Assembly: GCF_001194135.2 (NCBI RefSeq)
Contig: NC_068983.1
Coordinates: 16,820,644 to 16,870,686 of the forward strand
Origin: Octopus bimaculoides
Lineage: Eukaryota
Length of the DNA stretch: 50,043 bases
Direction of reading: 5' to 3'
Shown here: positions 1-13,346 of the stretch, piece by piece
How the letters are laid out: every line of letters begins with the position of its first letter
Numbering within the stretch: position 1 is the stretch's first letter
Translations under genes and position numbers: made by a program
Notes under the pieces: model-generated
The model's database searches: none
Seen by the model: the letters and a program-made list of their open reading frames with translations, nothing else
Told to the model about the DNA's origin: nothing

Positions 1-374
1 TGGGCCTCACCAAGGTGATGACTACTGACCGAGACCATTGGAGATGTGCTGTGCGTGAGAAGACCCGGCAAGCCAAGTAAGATCGTTGCCAGTGCCCCTG
101 GACTGGCTCTTGTGCGGGTGGCACATAAGATGCACCATTTTGAGCGTGGCCGTTGCCAGTACCGCCTGACTGGCCTTTGTGCAGGTGACACGTAAAAGCA
201 CCCACTACACTCTCTGAGTGGTTGGCGTTAGGAAGGGCATCCAGCTGTAGAAACTCTGCCAAATTTAGATTGGAGCCTGGTGTTGCCATCCGGTTTCACC
301 AGTCCTCAGTCAAATCGTCCAACCCATGCTAGCATGGAAAGTGGACGTTAAATGATGATGATGATGATGATGAT
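1..374 (+). mobile_element. Young GC-rich element sharing the RTE 3' tail, (GAT)n end (family A)
   Basis: High identity to copies at 609, 13691, 28021 and 36261. Ends CATGCTAGCATGGAAAGTGGACGTTAAATGATGAT. Confidence 0.85.
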
Positions 375-608
375 ACTGTTGTATCTGGGGAGAGTCAATT
401 TCTTTTTGTGCCTTATAATTTAACACAAAAAAAGAAATGAAAATAAAAAGAAAAAAGAAATAAGCGGAAATTTTACAGGTGTGTGTGTTAAATTATAAGG
501 CACTAGAAGAGAATGGCTCTCCCCAGACACAACAGAATATGCTTCAACACGTGAACTCACATAAAGAATCTTGCAAACCAAATCCAAAAACGATATATAT
601 ATATATAT

Positions 609-1002
609 TCGTTGCCAGTGCCCCTGGACTGGCTCTTGTGTGGGGGGGCACATAAAATACACCATTTTGACCGTGGCCGTTGCCAGTACTGCCTGACTGG
701 CGTTCGTGGGATTTTCGAGCGAGATCATTGCCAGTGCCCCTGGACTGATTCTTGTGCAGGTGGCACATAAAATACACCATCTTGAGCATGGCCGTTGCCA
801 GTACCGCCTGACTGGCCTTCATGCGGGTGACATGTAAAAGCACCCACTACACTCTCTGAGTGGTTGGCGTTAGGAAGGGCATCCAGCCATAGAAACTCTG
901 CCAAATCAGATTGGAGCCTGGTGTAACCATCTGGTTTCACCAGTCCTCAGTCAAATCGTCCAACCCATGCTAGCATGGAAAGCGGACGTTAAACGATGAT
1001 GA

Positions 1003-1006
<4 letters not shown>
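609..1006 (+). mobile_element. Family A copy with duplicated internal module
   Basis: The GTTGCCAGTGCCCCTGGACTG...CCGTTGCCAGTAC module occurs twice; same 3' tail. Confidence 0.85.
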
Positions 1007-1042
<36 letters not shown>

Positions 1043-3050
1043 TTATGCGTGTGTGTGTCTTTGTGTCTGTATTTATCCCCTACCACCACCACCACTTCAC
1101 AACCAGTGTTGATGCATTTACATCCCCATGATTTAGCAGTTCAGCAAAGCATATCAATAGAATAAGTACCAGGCTTTAAAAAATAATAAGCCCTTGAATT
1201 GATATGTTTGAGGCAGTGTCCCCGCATGGCTGCAGTCAAGTGACTGAAACAAGTAAAAGATTAAAAGATAAAAATGCTAAATCACATTGGCAACTTCATT
1301 AAATAATTTTGAGTCATGTAATATTACGATAATGCTGACAACGAAAGAAGCTTCAGGATATACCAATAACATAATAGTAACCTTAGAAGGTCTGACTATC
1401 AATAACCTAGATAAGACATATTTATTACAGTATGGTGAAGCAGTAATAATGTGTTTATATCCGTGTCATTAGAAACCAACCAATGTGTTTTATGGATCTT
1501 ATTACTGAAGTATATTGCAATGATTTTGAAGGTTTCTGGACATCATAGGGGCAGGCTTAGCTTTGTAGGCTTGGCTTGGCTTTGTAGGCACAGGTTTGGC
1601 TTTATAGGTGTAGGTATGGCTGTGTGATAAAGTACTAAGCTTATAAAGTATAAGTCCTGGGGTTGAGTTGTTTGATTTAAGGCAGTGCTCTAGCATGGCC
1701 ACAGTCAAATGACTGAAACAAATAAAAGAGTAAAAGAGTATGCCAAATATTAGGCTTTAAGTATAAAATAGCAAAATGCTAGGTTGAAGTGCATGATCTG
1801 AAACTCTTAAAAGAGATTTTACGTTTATTTCTAGCAGATTGGATGACCACATTGTCTCCTTGGTTGTAGGTGGGCCAAATGAATTCTAGTATCTTTAAAC
1901 AACTTAAAGCAATAACAAAGTCATTTATTATTGCTTAATTGAAATAGTTTAATTAAGATAATAATAGATTCTGTTCCATAAATAAATTCTGAAATACAAA
2001 TATTTAAAAAATAGATCAGGTCTGAGAAAATCATTTCTAGAAGAAATAGAAATAGAAATAAAAATAAGTGTAACAGAAATAAATATATTGGTGCACATAT
2101 GGCTGTGGTGGTTAAGAAACTCACTTTGTAACCACGTGGTTTGAGGTTCAGTTCCACTTCATGATACCTTGGGCAAGTGTCTTCTATTATAGCCCTAGGC
2201 TGAATTTAGTAGATGGAAACTGTAAAAGCCCATTGTGTGTGTGTGTATTTGTGTCTGTCTTTGTCCTCCTCCACACTGCTGGACAACCAGTATTTGTTTG
2301 TTTACATCCCTGTAACTTAAAGGTGTGGCAAAGGAGACCAATAGAATAAGTATCAAACTTCTTAAAAAATAAGTACTAGGGTCAATTTGTTCAGCTAAAC
2401 CCTCCAAGGCAGTGCCCCAACATGGTCATTGTCCAGTGACTGAAACAAGAAAAAAATACAATATAATAAACATTTTTATTATAATTTCTTTTGAATTACA
2501 TGTTGTAGATTCTTGAGATGATAGGTTTTACCTTTTCCAAGAATACTTCATTCTAGACTAACATTAAAGCTAGCATCAAAGTTTTGTCCCACTGCATAGC
2601 ACATTGGGCAGTGGGCTAAGTTTGTTACATTAGCCCCAGTGCTCAACTGGTGCTTATTTTATCAACTCCGAGAAAATGAAAGGCAAAGCGGACCATGATG
2701 TAATTTAAATTCAGAATGTGCAAATAGACAAAAGTCACTAAGCATTTTACCAGGCATGCTAACAATTTCAATATATTGAATCTCAATTTAGAGCTAAACA
2801 ACAATGATAATAGTTAACACAACTCAGTCCACTAAACTAACATAGGAACTTCTACGAAGTCATTTAACCTAATGTGATAGTCAAATCTTACTTAGAAACC
2901 ATATTACTAACTACACTTCAGAGTGGCATGTTTGTTCATGGCATCCTTCTGAATTACTATAAATATTTATCTGTTATTTAACTCTATTGTTCGATTGTCA
3001 CACTTATCTCACTTTGTTAGCCATATGGTTCTAGATAATACCTAAATATC

Positions 3051-3815
3051 CTGAGATGCAGTTTGGTTTTATGCCAAGGAGAAGTACCCAGCCAAAAATA
3101 AACCTCTGTATTTGGCTTTTGTTGACATGGAGAAAGCCTTTGACAGGTTTCCCTGATCCCTTATCTGGTAGTCATTGCAGAAACTAGGAATAGAGGAGTC
3201 ACTGGTGAGAGCTGTACAAACCATGTGCAGGGACACTGTTAGTAAGATGAAGGTTGGCAATGAGCATAGCAATGAATTCAGTGTACAAGTAGGAGTTCAC
3301 CAAGGATCAGTCCTCAGCTACTTTTTGTTCATCGTAGTCTTCCAGTTGATAACAGGAATTTAAGACAGCCTGCCCCTGGGAGCTCCTCTATGCAATTAGG
3401 TGTGAAAGCAAGATCTGGAATCAAAGGGCAGAGTAGATTTAACAAAAACCAAAGTTTTAGCAAGTAGGAAAGAAAACAAATCATAAATCCCTTCAGGTAG
3501 ATGACTCTGCTTGACATGTAGAAAAGCATAGGCAGAAACTCTCTAAGGTGTACCTGATGCAAGCAATGGACACATAAGAGGTGCAGCAATATCAGAGGAA
3601 GGTTAACAGAGAAAATAGTCTTTGTGTGTGGCAGACGCACAGCTACAAACATAGCACCCAGTACAGTATGTTAAGTGGATGGTAATAGGGAGGGCATACA
3701 GCCATAGAAACCCTGCCAAAACAGACAATTGGAGCCTGGACAGATCTCTAGCTGGCCAGTTCCTGACAAACAAACTCATGCTACCATGGAAGATGGACAT
3801 TAAATGATGATGATA
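3051..3815 (+). mobile_element. RTE-like LINE fragment (decayed RT, Cys/His finger, (GAT)n tail)
   Basis: Translation LYLAFVDMEKAFDR...LQKLGIEESLVRAV...VGVHQGSVLS..LF...ELLYA with stops. Ends in the GGACATTAAATGATGATGAT tail. Confidence 0.85.
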
Positions 3816-4220
3816 ATGTGTGTTCGTGTGTATATTAATGTGTGTGTGTGTATGTGGATATATGTCTATATATGTGTGGATGCATGTATTTGTTTGCATA
3901 TATGTATGTATATGTAAGTATGTATTATTTATATATGTATGATTGTGTGTGCATGAGTGTGTGTGCATGTGTGTGTGTGTGTGTTTTCATATTAGCAAGA
4001 ACTAGCTTTTCAACTATTTTAAGAGGAATTAAAACTGAAATTGAATGAAAGTCAAGCAGATCCATTAGCTCACAGATAAGATGTATCCTTTCAAACAGGC
4101 CACCTGTGCCAATAACAATTGCTTTGTATACAAAAGTAATCCAAAGAAAAAGTATAACGCTATAAATGCTGTACATCCAAATGAAAGCCATGGAAGAATA
4201 CCACCTCAGATTATATAAAT

Positions 4221-4485
4221 CAGGGGTTCTCAACTAGTATCAATATGTACCTTAGTGTGGGTGTGGGGGTCCATATAAGATTTTGTTGTTAAAATTCATC
4301 TGCAATAAATTGCTTATACGTCTACAATACACAAAGTATTTAAATCTGTTATGCAATCCCTAATGATGTTTAAGTATAAAAATACAGTATTTTTTTTTTA
4401 TATACACTGAATGGTTATGGAGGTCCAGTGGAGTGAAATAGGAATCGAAGGTTTTCATTAGCAAAAAAATGGTTGAGAACCACTG
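4221..4485. mobile_element. hAT-Charlie-like MITE
   Basis: TIRs CAGGGGTTCTCAAC and GTTGAGAACCACTG. The 8-bp flanks have a central TA (ATATAAAT/AAATAGTT, degenerate TSD). Related inverted copy at 35192-35601. Confidence 0.7.
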
Positions 4486-5214
4486 AAATAGTTGAAACAG
4501 CCTATAACATATAAGAAAGAAGAGATGATCACTGGCACAAGTATAAGGGAAAGACAGCAACATCACTCCTCTACCAACAATATTGAAGCAAAAACTCTAT
4601 CAATGTACCCACATAACCTCACATTAAAACAACTAGAGGAAGCAATATATGCATTAGAGATGGAAAATTAACTCAACAGAAAATATGAATGAAATAACAA
4701 CAACCTCACATTACTCCAGACATAAATATCCACCACATATCCATATATGTACATATATATGTATATGTGATTATATATGTATGTGTATGTAGAATTTTAT
4801 AGATGCATATATCAGTTATATGTGTGCATATTTGTGTCTGTATATGCGTGTAAGGGTGCGTTCAATATCAGATTCACGTTTGGCCGTACGGCTTTTTAAT
4901 GTTGTTTTCACTGTCCATTTTTTCCTGTCTTGGTTTGTGTTCACCACCTTGGAATCCTCTGTTTAGTGGGTCGATCCACTACTCAGGAAGAGACTATTCT
5001 AGAGTACATTCTGCCTTATCTTTGAAACGTCTAGTTAGAATAGAGGCAGCTAACGAAGAAATAATTCCAAGTGGCTATCTGTTTTCCTATGTGTTCATTC
5101 CATTGTCGGTAGTTCATTTGTCTAACATCCTGTACCCTGATATGCATCTATATACACATGTAGATGTAAGTATGTACATATATGTGTGTATACATGCATA
5201 CATATTCTTTGTAC

Positions 5215-5254
<40 letters not shown>

Positions 5255-6902
5255 GGTAGGTATTTCTATGGAAAAAATAGAAAAATGACAGAAGTTCAGT
5301 GGTTTTTATAATGTTCTTTGTTTGGTTGTTTATTTTTTAGTGGGGGTTTCATATTTTCATATGAGTTCCTTAATGTTTATTTGAAGCAGTAAACTTCAAC
5401 AGTCTTATCTTTAAAATGAAGTGCCTCTTTATAGTAGGCAGAGCTAATGTGACTGGCTTAGGTTTTGCTAATGGAATTTCAATTCTGTCTGTAAGATGTA
5501 TATGTCACTTGTAGATGTATATATGTTTAGATTTATTTGTGGCTCATGTATGCCATTTGTGTTTATTTTTCATTGTGATGGGTTATAAGTATTGTTTCCA
5601 TCATTGTCTATTATTGTAATTCTGTAGACTATAAATGTGTTATCAGCTAATGTTTTCCCATCTACTTTACTTGGGTTGTGCCATGCAGTGCATTGCAATT
5701 GATTCCTTGATGTAAGTTCATGGCAAGCTCACAGGACAGTGTCACACTTTTATGGGCAATACAGTAGTTGTAGTCATGAAGTTTATAACTTTCCAATTTG
5801 CAATCAAATTTGTAAACCACATTCATCATTAGTAACTTGTTTTTAGGTTAACATACCTGTGGTCAGTTACTAATAAGGAAGTTTATAATTGTAGTGTTTT
5901 TGAAGTATATTATCAGCGTTAGTTTATGGTTTGATAATCTTTATATATATATAGATAACAGTGCCAGAACAGACACTGCTGTCGCGAATAGCCAGTGACC
6001 TATAACTTAACAGTTCAACAAAAGAACCAATAGAATAAGTACCAACTTAAAACTTAAGTACTGAAGTCAATTTATTCGATTAAACCCTTCCAGGCAGTAC
6101 CCCAGCATGGCCAAAGTCCAGTCACAGAAACAAGTAAAAGATAAAAGATAAAAAATATTGTCTATTCTCCTCTGCAACTTCCATAACAATAGACCTCTTC
6201 AATCAGAGCACTGATACATTGTTACATGACTTTTATAACAGGTTATTTATTATATGAGATGATGTCTATACTTCACTCAGGCTCTAACTCATTTCATCCA
6301 TTTCTCTACTTCTTGCCATTCATCTTTTGCCTTTTGTTGTTTTTTTAATTGCTGTTGGTCGTTTTTTGTTTTGTTTTGCTTTTGATGGGGGAATTCTTTG
6401 TCTAAAGTTTCCAAATAATCAGACCATTATTCTTTAGTCATCAATCACACTGTTTTCTTCCACTCCACTCCAGCAAAACACTTTTAGCCCTTTAGTATTC
6501 AAACTGGCCATAACTGGCCCAAATATTCTACTTTTGTGGTCAAATCAGCCAGATCTGACCTCTCAGATGTATCATAAAATGCCATTCTAAAACTAGAACA
6601 ATTGCACCATTGAAATCTCAAAGCTACAAGATAATGCATGATTAATCAAAATAATGTGAATAAATAAGCATTGCATTTGATAAAGAAATCAGAATGCTAA
6701 AGGATTAAATCTATGAAAGAAATCTATGGAAAAGCACAACAGGTATAGGTGTGACTGTGTTATAAGAAGCTTGCTTTTCAACCATATGGTTCTAGGTTCA
6801 GTCCCACTGTGTGGTACCTTGGGCAAGTGTCTTCTACTATAGCCTCAAGCCAACCAAACACCTTGTGAGTGGATTCAGTTGACAGAAACTGAATGAAGCC
6901 TG

Positions 6903-6953
<51 letters not shown>

Positions 6954-8039
6954 CGTGTGTGTGTGTGCGCGTGTGTGACCTTGTGTCTGTCCTCCACCAT
7001 TGTTTGACAACTTGACAACCAGTGTTGTGTTTACGTCCACATAACTTAGCAGTTTGACAAAAAGACTGATAGAAAAAGTAACAGGCTTTAAAAAGAAACA
7101 TAAGTACTAGAATCAATTTGTTCATCTAAAATACTTTGAGACAGTGCCCCAGCATGGCTACACTCTAATGACTGAGACAAGTAGAAGATAAATGAATGAA
7201 GATAATTAATCTGTTGAATATTTTTTTCTTTTTCTGTTAAGCTAACTTTGTGATCTGTTATCCAACCTAGACCCCCATTACCCATCACCTAACACACAAG
7301 CTACAAATCTTAATCCTCTCTCAGACACAAATCTCTTGTCTTCTCTTTCTAATACATTTCTGCTAACCAGACTAATGGTATGTTGCTTTAGTGCTACGTT
7401 TTCCAACAAATTTTTTTTTATATATATTTCAAATCTATTTTACATTTTCTGCACTGTTTATAAACATAATAAATGTCATTTGAAATATACATTATTTTTT
7501 TTTTTTTGATTCAGAGTTTATCTATTAAAACGAGAACTCTATACAACTCATATTGAATAGATAGAATTAGTAAGTATAAAATTTATCAGCAGGCATCTGA
7601 TTGAATTCGTGTCCTTGCAGTTAAATGGTTTGAAGACTCAAACAATGATAATGAAATAATTTTTTTTTTGTCATTGCCACAAAGCCATAAATTTGTATGA
7701 TGGAGAGGGTATTCTTTTATGATTCCATTCACATCTAGAATGTATTATTGGAGTATGTATCAATCCCAGTACTTGACTGATAGTTTATTTTATTATCTCC
7801 AGAAGAATGAAAGCAAAGATTTGAACACAGAAAATAAAAGGCCATAATTAACTATCGTTGACCTTTTGTCTGATGTGTTAACAATTTTACCAATGTACAT
7901 CAACCCATTACTTGATTGGCACTTACTTTATCAACCATAGAAGGCAAATGAATACAGCTTTATGCCATACTTTCTAGCATACAATTAATCTATATAATAA
8001 TCTCCTCGTTTGTTCAACCGTTATACTTTAGTTAGTTAG

Positions 8040-8480
8040 AGAGGTGGAAGTGAAGGTGGAGTAAGAGTGAGAGAGAGAGAGGAGGAAGTGAGGAGTGTGA
8101 GTAGAGAATAAAGAAGTGAGGAAGAAGTGGAGAAAGAGGTACATGGCCAAATGCATCACGTGGTTAGTTGAAGGGAGAGGCAAAGAGCAAGAGAAAAAGA
8201 CAGTGAGAGAGAAGTGTTACCAACATGCTGTAGGGTGGGGAGGAAAAGTTAAAGAGAAAGAGATACGTTTAGGATATAATATTTAGCAGAGGGTAAAGTT
8301 CTAGTCGTGAGGTTAAAGAAAGGCAGATAAATGGAAATGGGCAGGGGAGGCAGCTACATTAAGAGAGAGATAGAGAGAGAGTTAATGGAAGTGAAAGGTG
8401 AACAGAGAGAAATGTTAAAGACAAGAAGATGAGAATTACATGGTTAAAAAGATTGTTGAAGAGGTAGAAAGAAAGAGAGA
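8040..8480 (+). repeat. Purine-rich (GA-rich) low-complexity tract
   Basis: Strong G/A bias on the + strand with no clean period. Confidence 0.7.
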
Positions 8481-9688
8481 AATACAAAGTGCTTAGTAGA
8501 ATGAAATTTCAAAATATAATATATTATTGTGACTGGAAGTGAAATACTTAGCAAAATAGAAATAAAATTGTAAATCATCCTTCCTTTCTTAAATAGATTC
8601 TCTTAATCTTTTTTATTCTGTAGAATTTCTACAGATCCCACTCAATTTTAGCCACTTGGAAGAAATTTAACAAGAACTTTAGTCTTTTAATGAAGTTTTT
8701 CCCTGCACTTGTTTTTCTTTGAAGAATACCCTCTCCACCACACAAATTTATCGCTGTGTGGCAATGCCCCAAAACATTATTATTTCATTATCATTGTTCA
8801 AGTCTTCAAACCATTTAACTGCAGGGACATGAATTCAGTCAGATGCTTGATAGAGTATATCATATAAATATGTGTAAACATTCAAACATTGTCACTATCT
8901 TTCAAAATCCTGCTGCATTTCACATGAAATTTTGAGTCCTCCAAAGTCATCTTGATACATAAGTTGACCAACTGATTTTGGCTATAAATTTTGGTCTGAG
9001 AAATTAAACTTGTATGGTGGAAAATAGGGTGATTTCTTACACATCAAGAATATTTCTTAAGAATATTAAATAAACCACAGTAAAATCAAAGAGGGAATTG
9101 GTAAACTGTTAGAGGGCCAGACAAGATGCTTTGCAGTATAGTATCTGTTCCAACCCTTTGTGTTCTGGGAACAACACTTGCTGTGACAATGAGGTTATAT
9201 TGTATCAAAGCCCAAAGTACTGGTCTTTTCCTTGGATAACAATGGTAACATAGAGAGGGGAAACTTGCCTACTTAAGCAACTAGTATCATTCTTTTCAGC
9301 AATTACTTTTCCATGCTTTCATCGGTCAGACAGAGTCTATTGAGGCATATTTTCTCCAGCAAAATACCTTTCCTGTCACCAACCATGATTTATTGATTCA
9401 TTTGCAAAGCAAGAGTGGCAAGGGATCATCTGTGTAACTTGGGTGGCACAAATATCATGAAGTATTTATTTTCAAAAGCACCAATTCATCAGTTCTGTCA
9501 TCAATGTTCATTGCTAAAAGATATACACATAATATATACATGCAAGTGTGTATACATTTATATATATATATGCATGCGTGTGTGTGTGTATAAATATACA
9601 TATACATACATTATACATACATATATATATATCATCATCATCGTTTATCGTCTGCTTTCCATGCTAGCATGGAAAGCGGACATTAAAC

Positions 9689-9724
<36 letters not shown>

Positions 9725-9799
9725 ATATATATATATATATATATATNNNNNNNNNNTATCGTCTGCTTTCCATGCTAGCATGGAAAGCGGACATTAAAC

Positions 9800-9868
<69 letters not shown>

Positions 9869-10904
9869 AAGCTTTATTTCCAGATATGTATATAAGGCAG
9901 TTCTCAAAGTAAAAAAAAAAAAACAAGTAAAAGAATAAAAGAATATCATCATCATCATCATCTTTATCATCACTGTTTTAATGTCTATTTTTCTATGCTT
10001 ACATGGGTCAGTTGAAGTTTATTGAGAAATTTTCTATGGTCAAATATCCTTCTTACCACCAACCCTCACCTACTTCCAAGCATCGTAATATTTCCCCATG
10101 GAGAAACATGTTTCTGCAGAATATTGCAAATAAATGACATACAATTACAACAATCACAATGCTAAGACAAGGAGACACAAACATACACCCACCCACACTT
10201 ATATATTACATACAGACTAGGTTTCAAACAACAGACAATTTGGTTTTTGTTTTTTTACAATCAACTTTTAAGTACTTTTTAGATATTGTAACAACTAGAG
10301 TATTTTAATACAATACAAAGTCAACTCTGGACGTATTTGTACATAGAGAGTATTGATACACAACAAAGATTAATCTTAGCTCTCAACTTGTTTCCTGCAG
10401 TCACATTACTTAAATTATAAATTATTTGAACAAACTCTATTCTATCTATTTCTGGAAATTACCACCTTTCCTCCCCACTTGAAACAAAGCTGTTACTAAC
10501 AAGCCAAAGAAAAGCCTCTATGTGGTCACATGACTTTTTGGAAATAACAACCAAATTCCCATTAAATCACACTTAATCACCTCTAAAGAAAAATGAGAAA
10601 CAGAGAAATTTCTTTCTAATTCCACCTTGCTGACGCAGAAAAAGAAAGGACACTTTGGACAATATAGTGCTGAATATATTGTCTCAAATGCATGCAAATA
10701 TACATAAAAGGTGTAAAAACACCAAATCTGTTCTAGCACTGGACAGACATGGTGTTTTTACAGCGTTTTTACCATAAGAGAGAATTCTTTTTCTCCACAA
10801 ACTGCAGTAAATTTGCCTTTAGCAGTTGAAATATGTCACAAACACATTTTAACCTAAAGTTCACTTATGCCTAAACACTGCTTGGTGCTGATATTACTGT
10901 AATA

Positions 10905-11416
10905 TTACTGCAGATGGATGCGGACAGCTCCATAAAGTGCAGATGGATGCCAGCAGTTCCGTAAAGAAGTGCTGATCTCTCAAAGTAAATGGAACACATG
11001 GAAGTGAGAGACCCAGGATGACATGGGACAAAGTACTGAAGAACAACCTCAGGAAGCTGATCCTTTCAGATGAAATGACAAAGGACCAAGATGCCTGGTG
11101 CCTTGTACTTAAGAAGACTCGTACTCCACAGCAAAAGTGTTAAGGCTACTCCCTCTGGTGAAGGGGATTAGCCTGCAAGAGTCCTGTGCCATGTAAAAAG
11201 CACTCGTGCCATCACTACATGGGAGTGCTCATGTAGTGCAACATAAGAGCACCCAGCACACTCTGTAAAGTGGTTGGCATTAGGAAGGGCATCCACAGCC
11301 ATAGAAACCATGCCATATCAGACTGGAGTCTGGTGCAGCTCTCTAGCTTGCCAGCTAACCTGTGTCAGTCCAATCCATGCCAGAATGAACAATGGACATT
11401 AAATGATGATGATGAT
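10905..11416 (+). mobile_element. RTE-like LINE 3' end with (GAT)n tail
   Basis: SLKVNGTHGSERPRMTWDKVLK..L...EMTKDQDAW-like C-terminus, followed by the shared 3' tail. Confidence 0.7.
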
Positions 11417-11494
11417 ACATCTATCTCTCTTTCTCTCTCTCACTCTCTCGCTCTCCATATATGTGTGTGTGCATGTGTATGTGTGTGTATGTGA

Positions 11495-11496
11495 TG

Positions 11497-11590
<94 letters not shown>
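11495..11590. repeat. Long (TA)n microsatellite; many other (TA)n, (CA)n, (GAT)n and (TAA)n tracts occur across the window
   Basis: Direct reading. Confidence 0.95.
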
Positions 11591-11595
<5 letters not shown>

Positions 11596-11618
11596 ATATA
11601 TATATGCATATATATACA

Positions 11619-13130
11619 CAGGCATACCTCATCCTATGTCGCTAATTGGTTCCAGGAGACACAACTTAAGTTGAATTAACTTTCTCTAGGCTAGGCTAGG
11701 CCAAATTTACTTGTCGCTAAGCTAAACCAATAATAGCCATTCCCAGTTCTGTACTTTATTTATGAATGCATTCTCAATAATACATAGTTAATAAAAAGCT
11801 ATTTTAAGTTTAGGAACAAATAATTTTTATTTTTTAATACAATACAGTAAATAAGTAATCTAAATTTACGAATACAATTTGGCAGTGTTTACTGTACATC
11901 AACGCTTTATTTATGAATGCGGTTTGCAATAAAACATGGTAAAATAAAAGCCATTTTAAAGCTTAAAAAACAAATTCAGTAATTATCATTATTTTGCTAT
12001 AGTAAAAAAAAAAACTAAATTATTTTAAATTTACCAATACGTACGTACAATTTGGTGGTTTACATCGTGGATGTAGATGGCTGTGGATTGTCAACATCAG
12101 CAGCTGACTCTGGCTATTCTTGTTCGATGCACTTAAAAAACTAGTTGAGAGTTCCTTAAACTGTCTTCTTCTTTTCCTCAAGGATTACATCATAAGAAGC
12201 AAAGGCTTTGTGACAAGCCCACCCCCATAATCTTGGAAAAGCATTGAGCATTTGGATCTATATCCTCAAACATAGAAAGACCTTTTTCAATATATGCAAA
12301 TACTTGCTGCATTTTCTTAATGATAAAGTGATGTGGTTCAGGTTCGACTTCCTCTTCTTTATTTTGCTACTTGTGAAGCTCTATTAAATCCTCGTTCATC
12401 TGAGGCTGCTTGTCTTTTTCAAATAAATCTGTGAAATCCTCCTCCTCCAAATCCATTTCCAGTTCTTTGCTTGTAGTCACCAACGTTTTGTTGATGGCAA
12501 CATTATCAAACCCCTTAAAATCAATCACAAATTGCAGGCATAGCTTTTTCCATACACCATTCATAGCCATGCTCTCTACATCATTCTATGCCACTGCTAT
12601 GTTCTGTGCAGCCTTGTAGATATCGTATCTCTTCCAAAAGTCACATCAAGATCAGCTGCAGCTATTGCTTGCCGCAGCATGCGCTTCATATAGTAACACT
12701 TGAGGATAGCAATTATTCACTGATCCATTGACTGCAGAAGAGACATGGTGTTCAAAGGGAGGTACACGACGGTAACATTGAGGTCAAAATCTACAGTGTT
12801 TTGTGGGTGGCCAGAGGCATTATCTTAGATAAGTAAAACCTTAAAAAGAATCCTCTTCTCTTTACAGTGCTTCTCTGCTGCTGGGATAAAATGATTGAAG
12901 AACCACTCTTCAAAAACAACAACAGTAACCCATGCTTTTGAATTACCCATCCATATAACAGGGATAGGTGCCTTGGGTATGTTCTTCAGGGCACGGGGGT
13001 TGTGTGCATGATACACAAGCAATGGCTCTAACTTAAAATCTCCTGCCCAATTTCTTCCCAACATAATGGTCACATGTTCTTTTGAGACCTTGTAGCCAAC
13101 CTCCAAAAATCTCTCCTTCCTCCAGCTGAC
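11619..13130 (-). mobile_element. Tigger/pogo-family DNA transposon relic (one TIR plus decayed DDE_1 transposase, 5' part missing)
   Basis: ORF 12825-13106 reads SKEHVTIMLGRNWAGDFKLEPLLVYHAHNPRALKN...KAWVT..FEEWF, typical of Tigger1/TIGD1 DDE_1. ORF 12367-12570 NGVWKKLC is the C-terminal part. TIR-like CAGGCATACCTC at 11619-11630. Confidence 0.88.
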
Positions 13131-13346
13131 AGTTTTTGTACTTTTTCATGACGGAAAATACACCTTTTGTGGCAGTTATAACGAAATTGTTTTCTTATAT
13201 CAGAGTAATAAGGCACTTCAATAGAACAACTTTACCCCCAGGGAATTACCGGGTATACCAGCTAGTTTATATGTGTGTGTGTGAAAAAATTAATAGAAAT
13301 GGCTTATCTGATAATTTTTCCGCTTTAATAATTAGATGTTTATAAG

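Noticed and set aside
2891-2950. Minus-strand exon-like segment with a GTAAGA donor
   Set aside because: Stops in all three frames and a weak acceptor.
4498-4671. Open frame QPITYKKEEMITGTSIRERQQHH...LKQLEEAIYALEMEN*, vaguely GIY-YIG-like
   Set aside because: No GIY/YIG motif, no splice acceptor, short; cannot be supported by eye.
8890-8997. Minus-strand acceptor followed by a ~36-codon open frame
   Set aside because: No convincing donor and no recognisable homology; expected by chance in AT-rich DNA.
9757-9865. Tandem duplicate of the fused-tail palindrome
   Set aside because: The copies flank a 10-N gap and are nearly identical; most likely contig-end overlap or haplotype redundancy.
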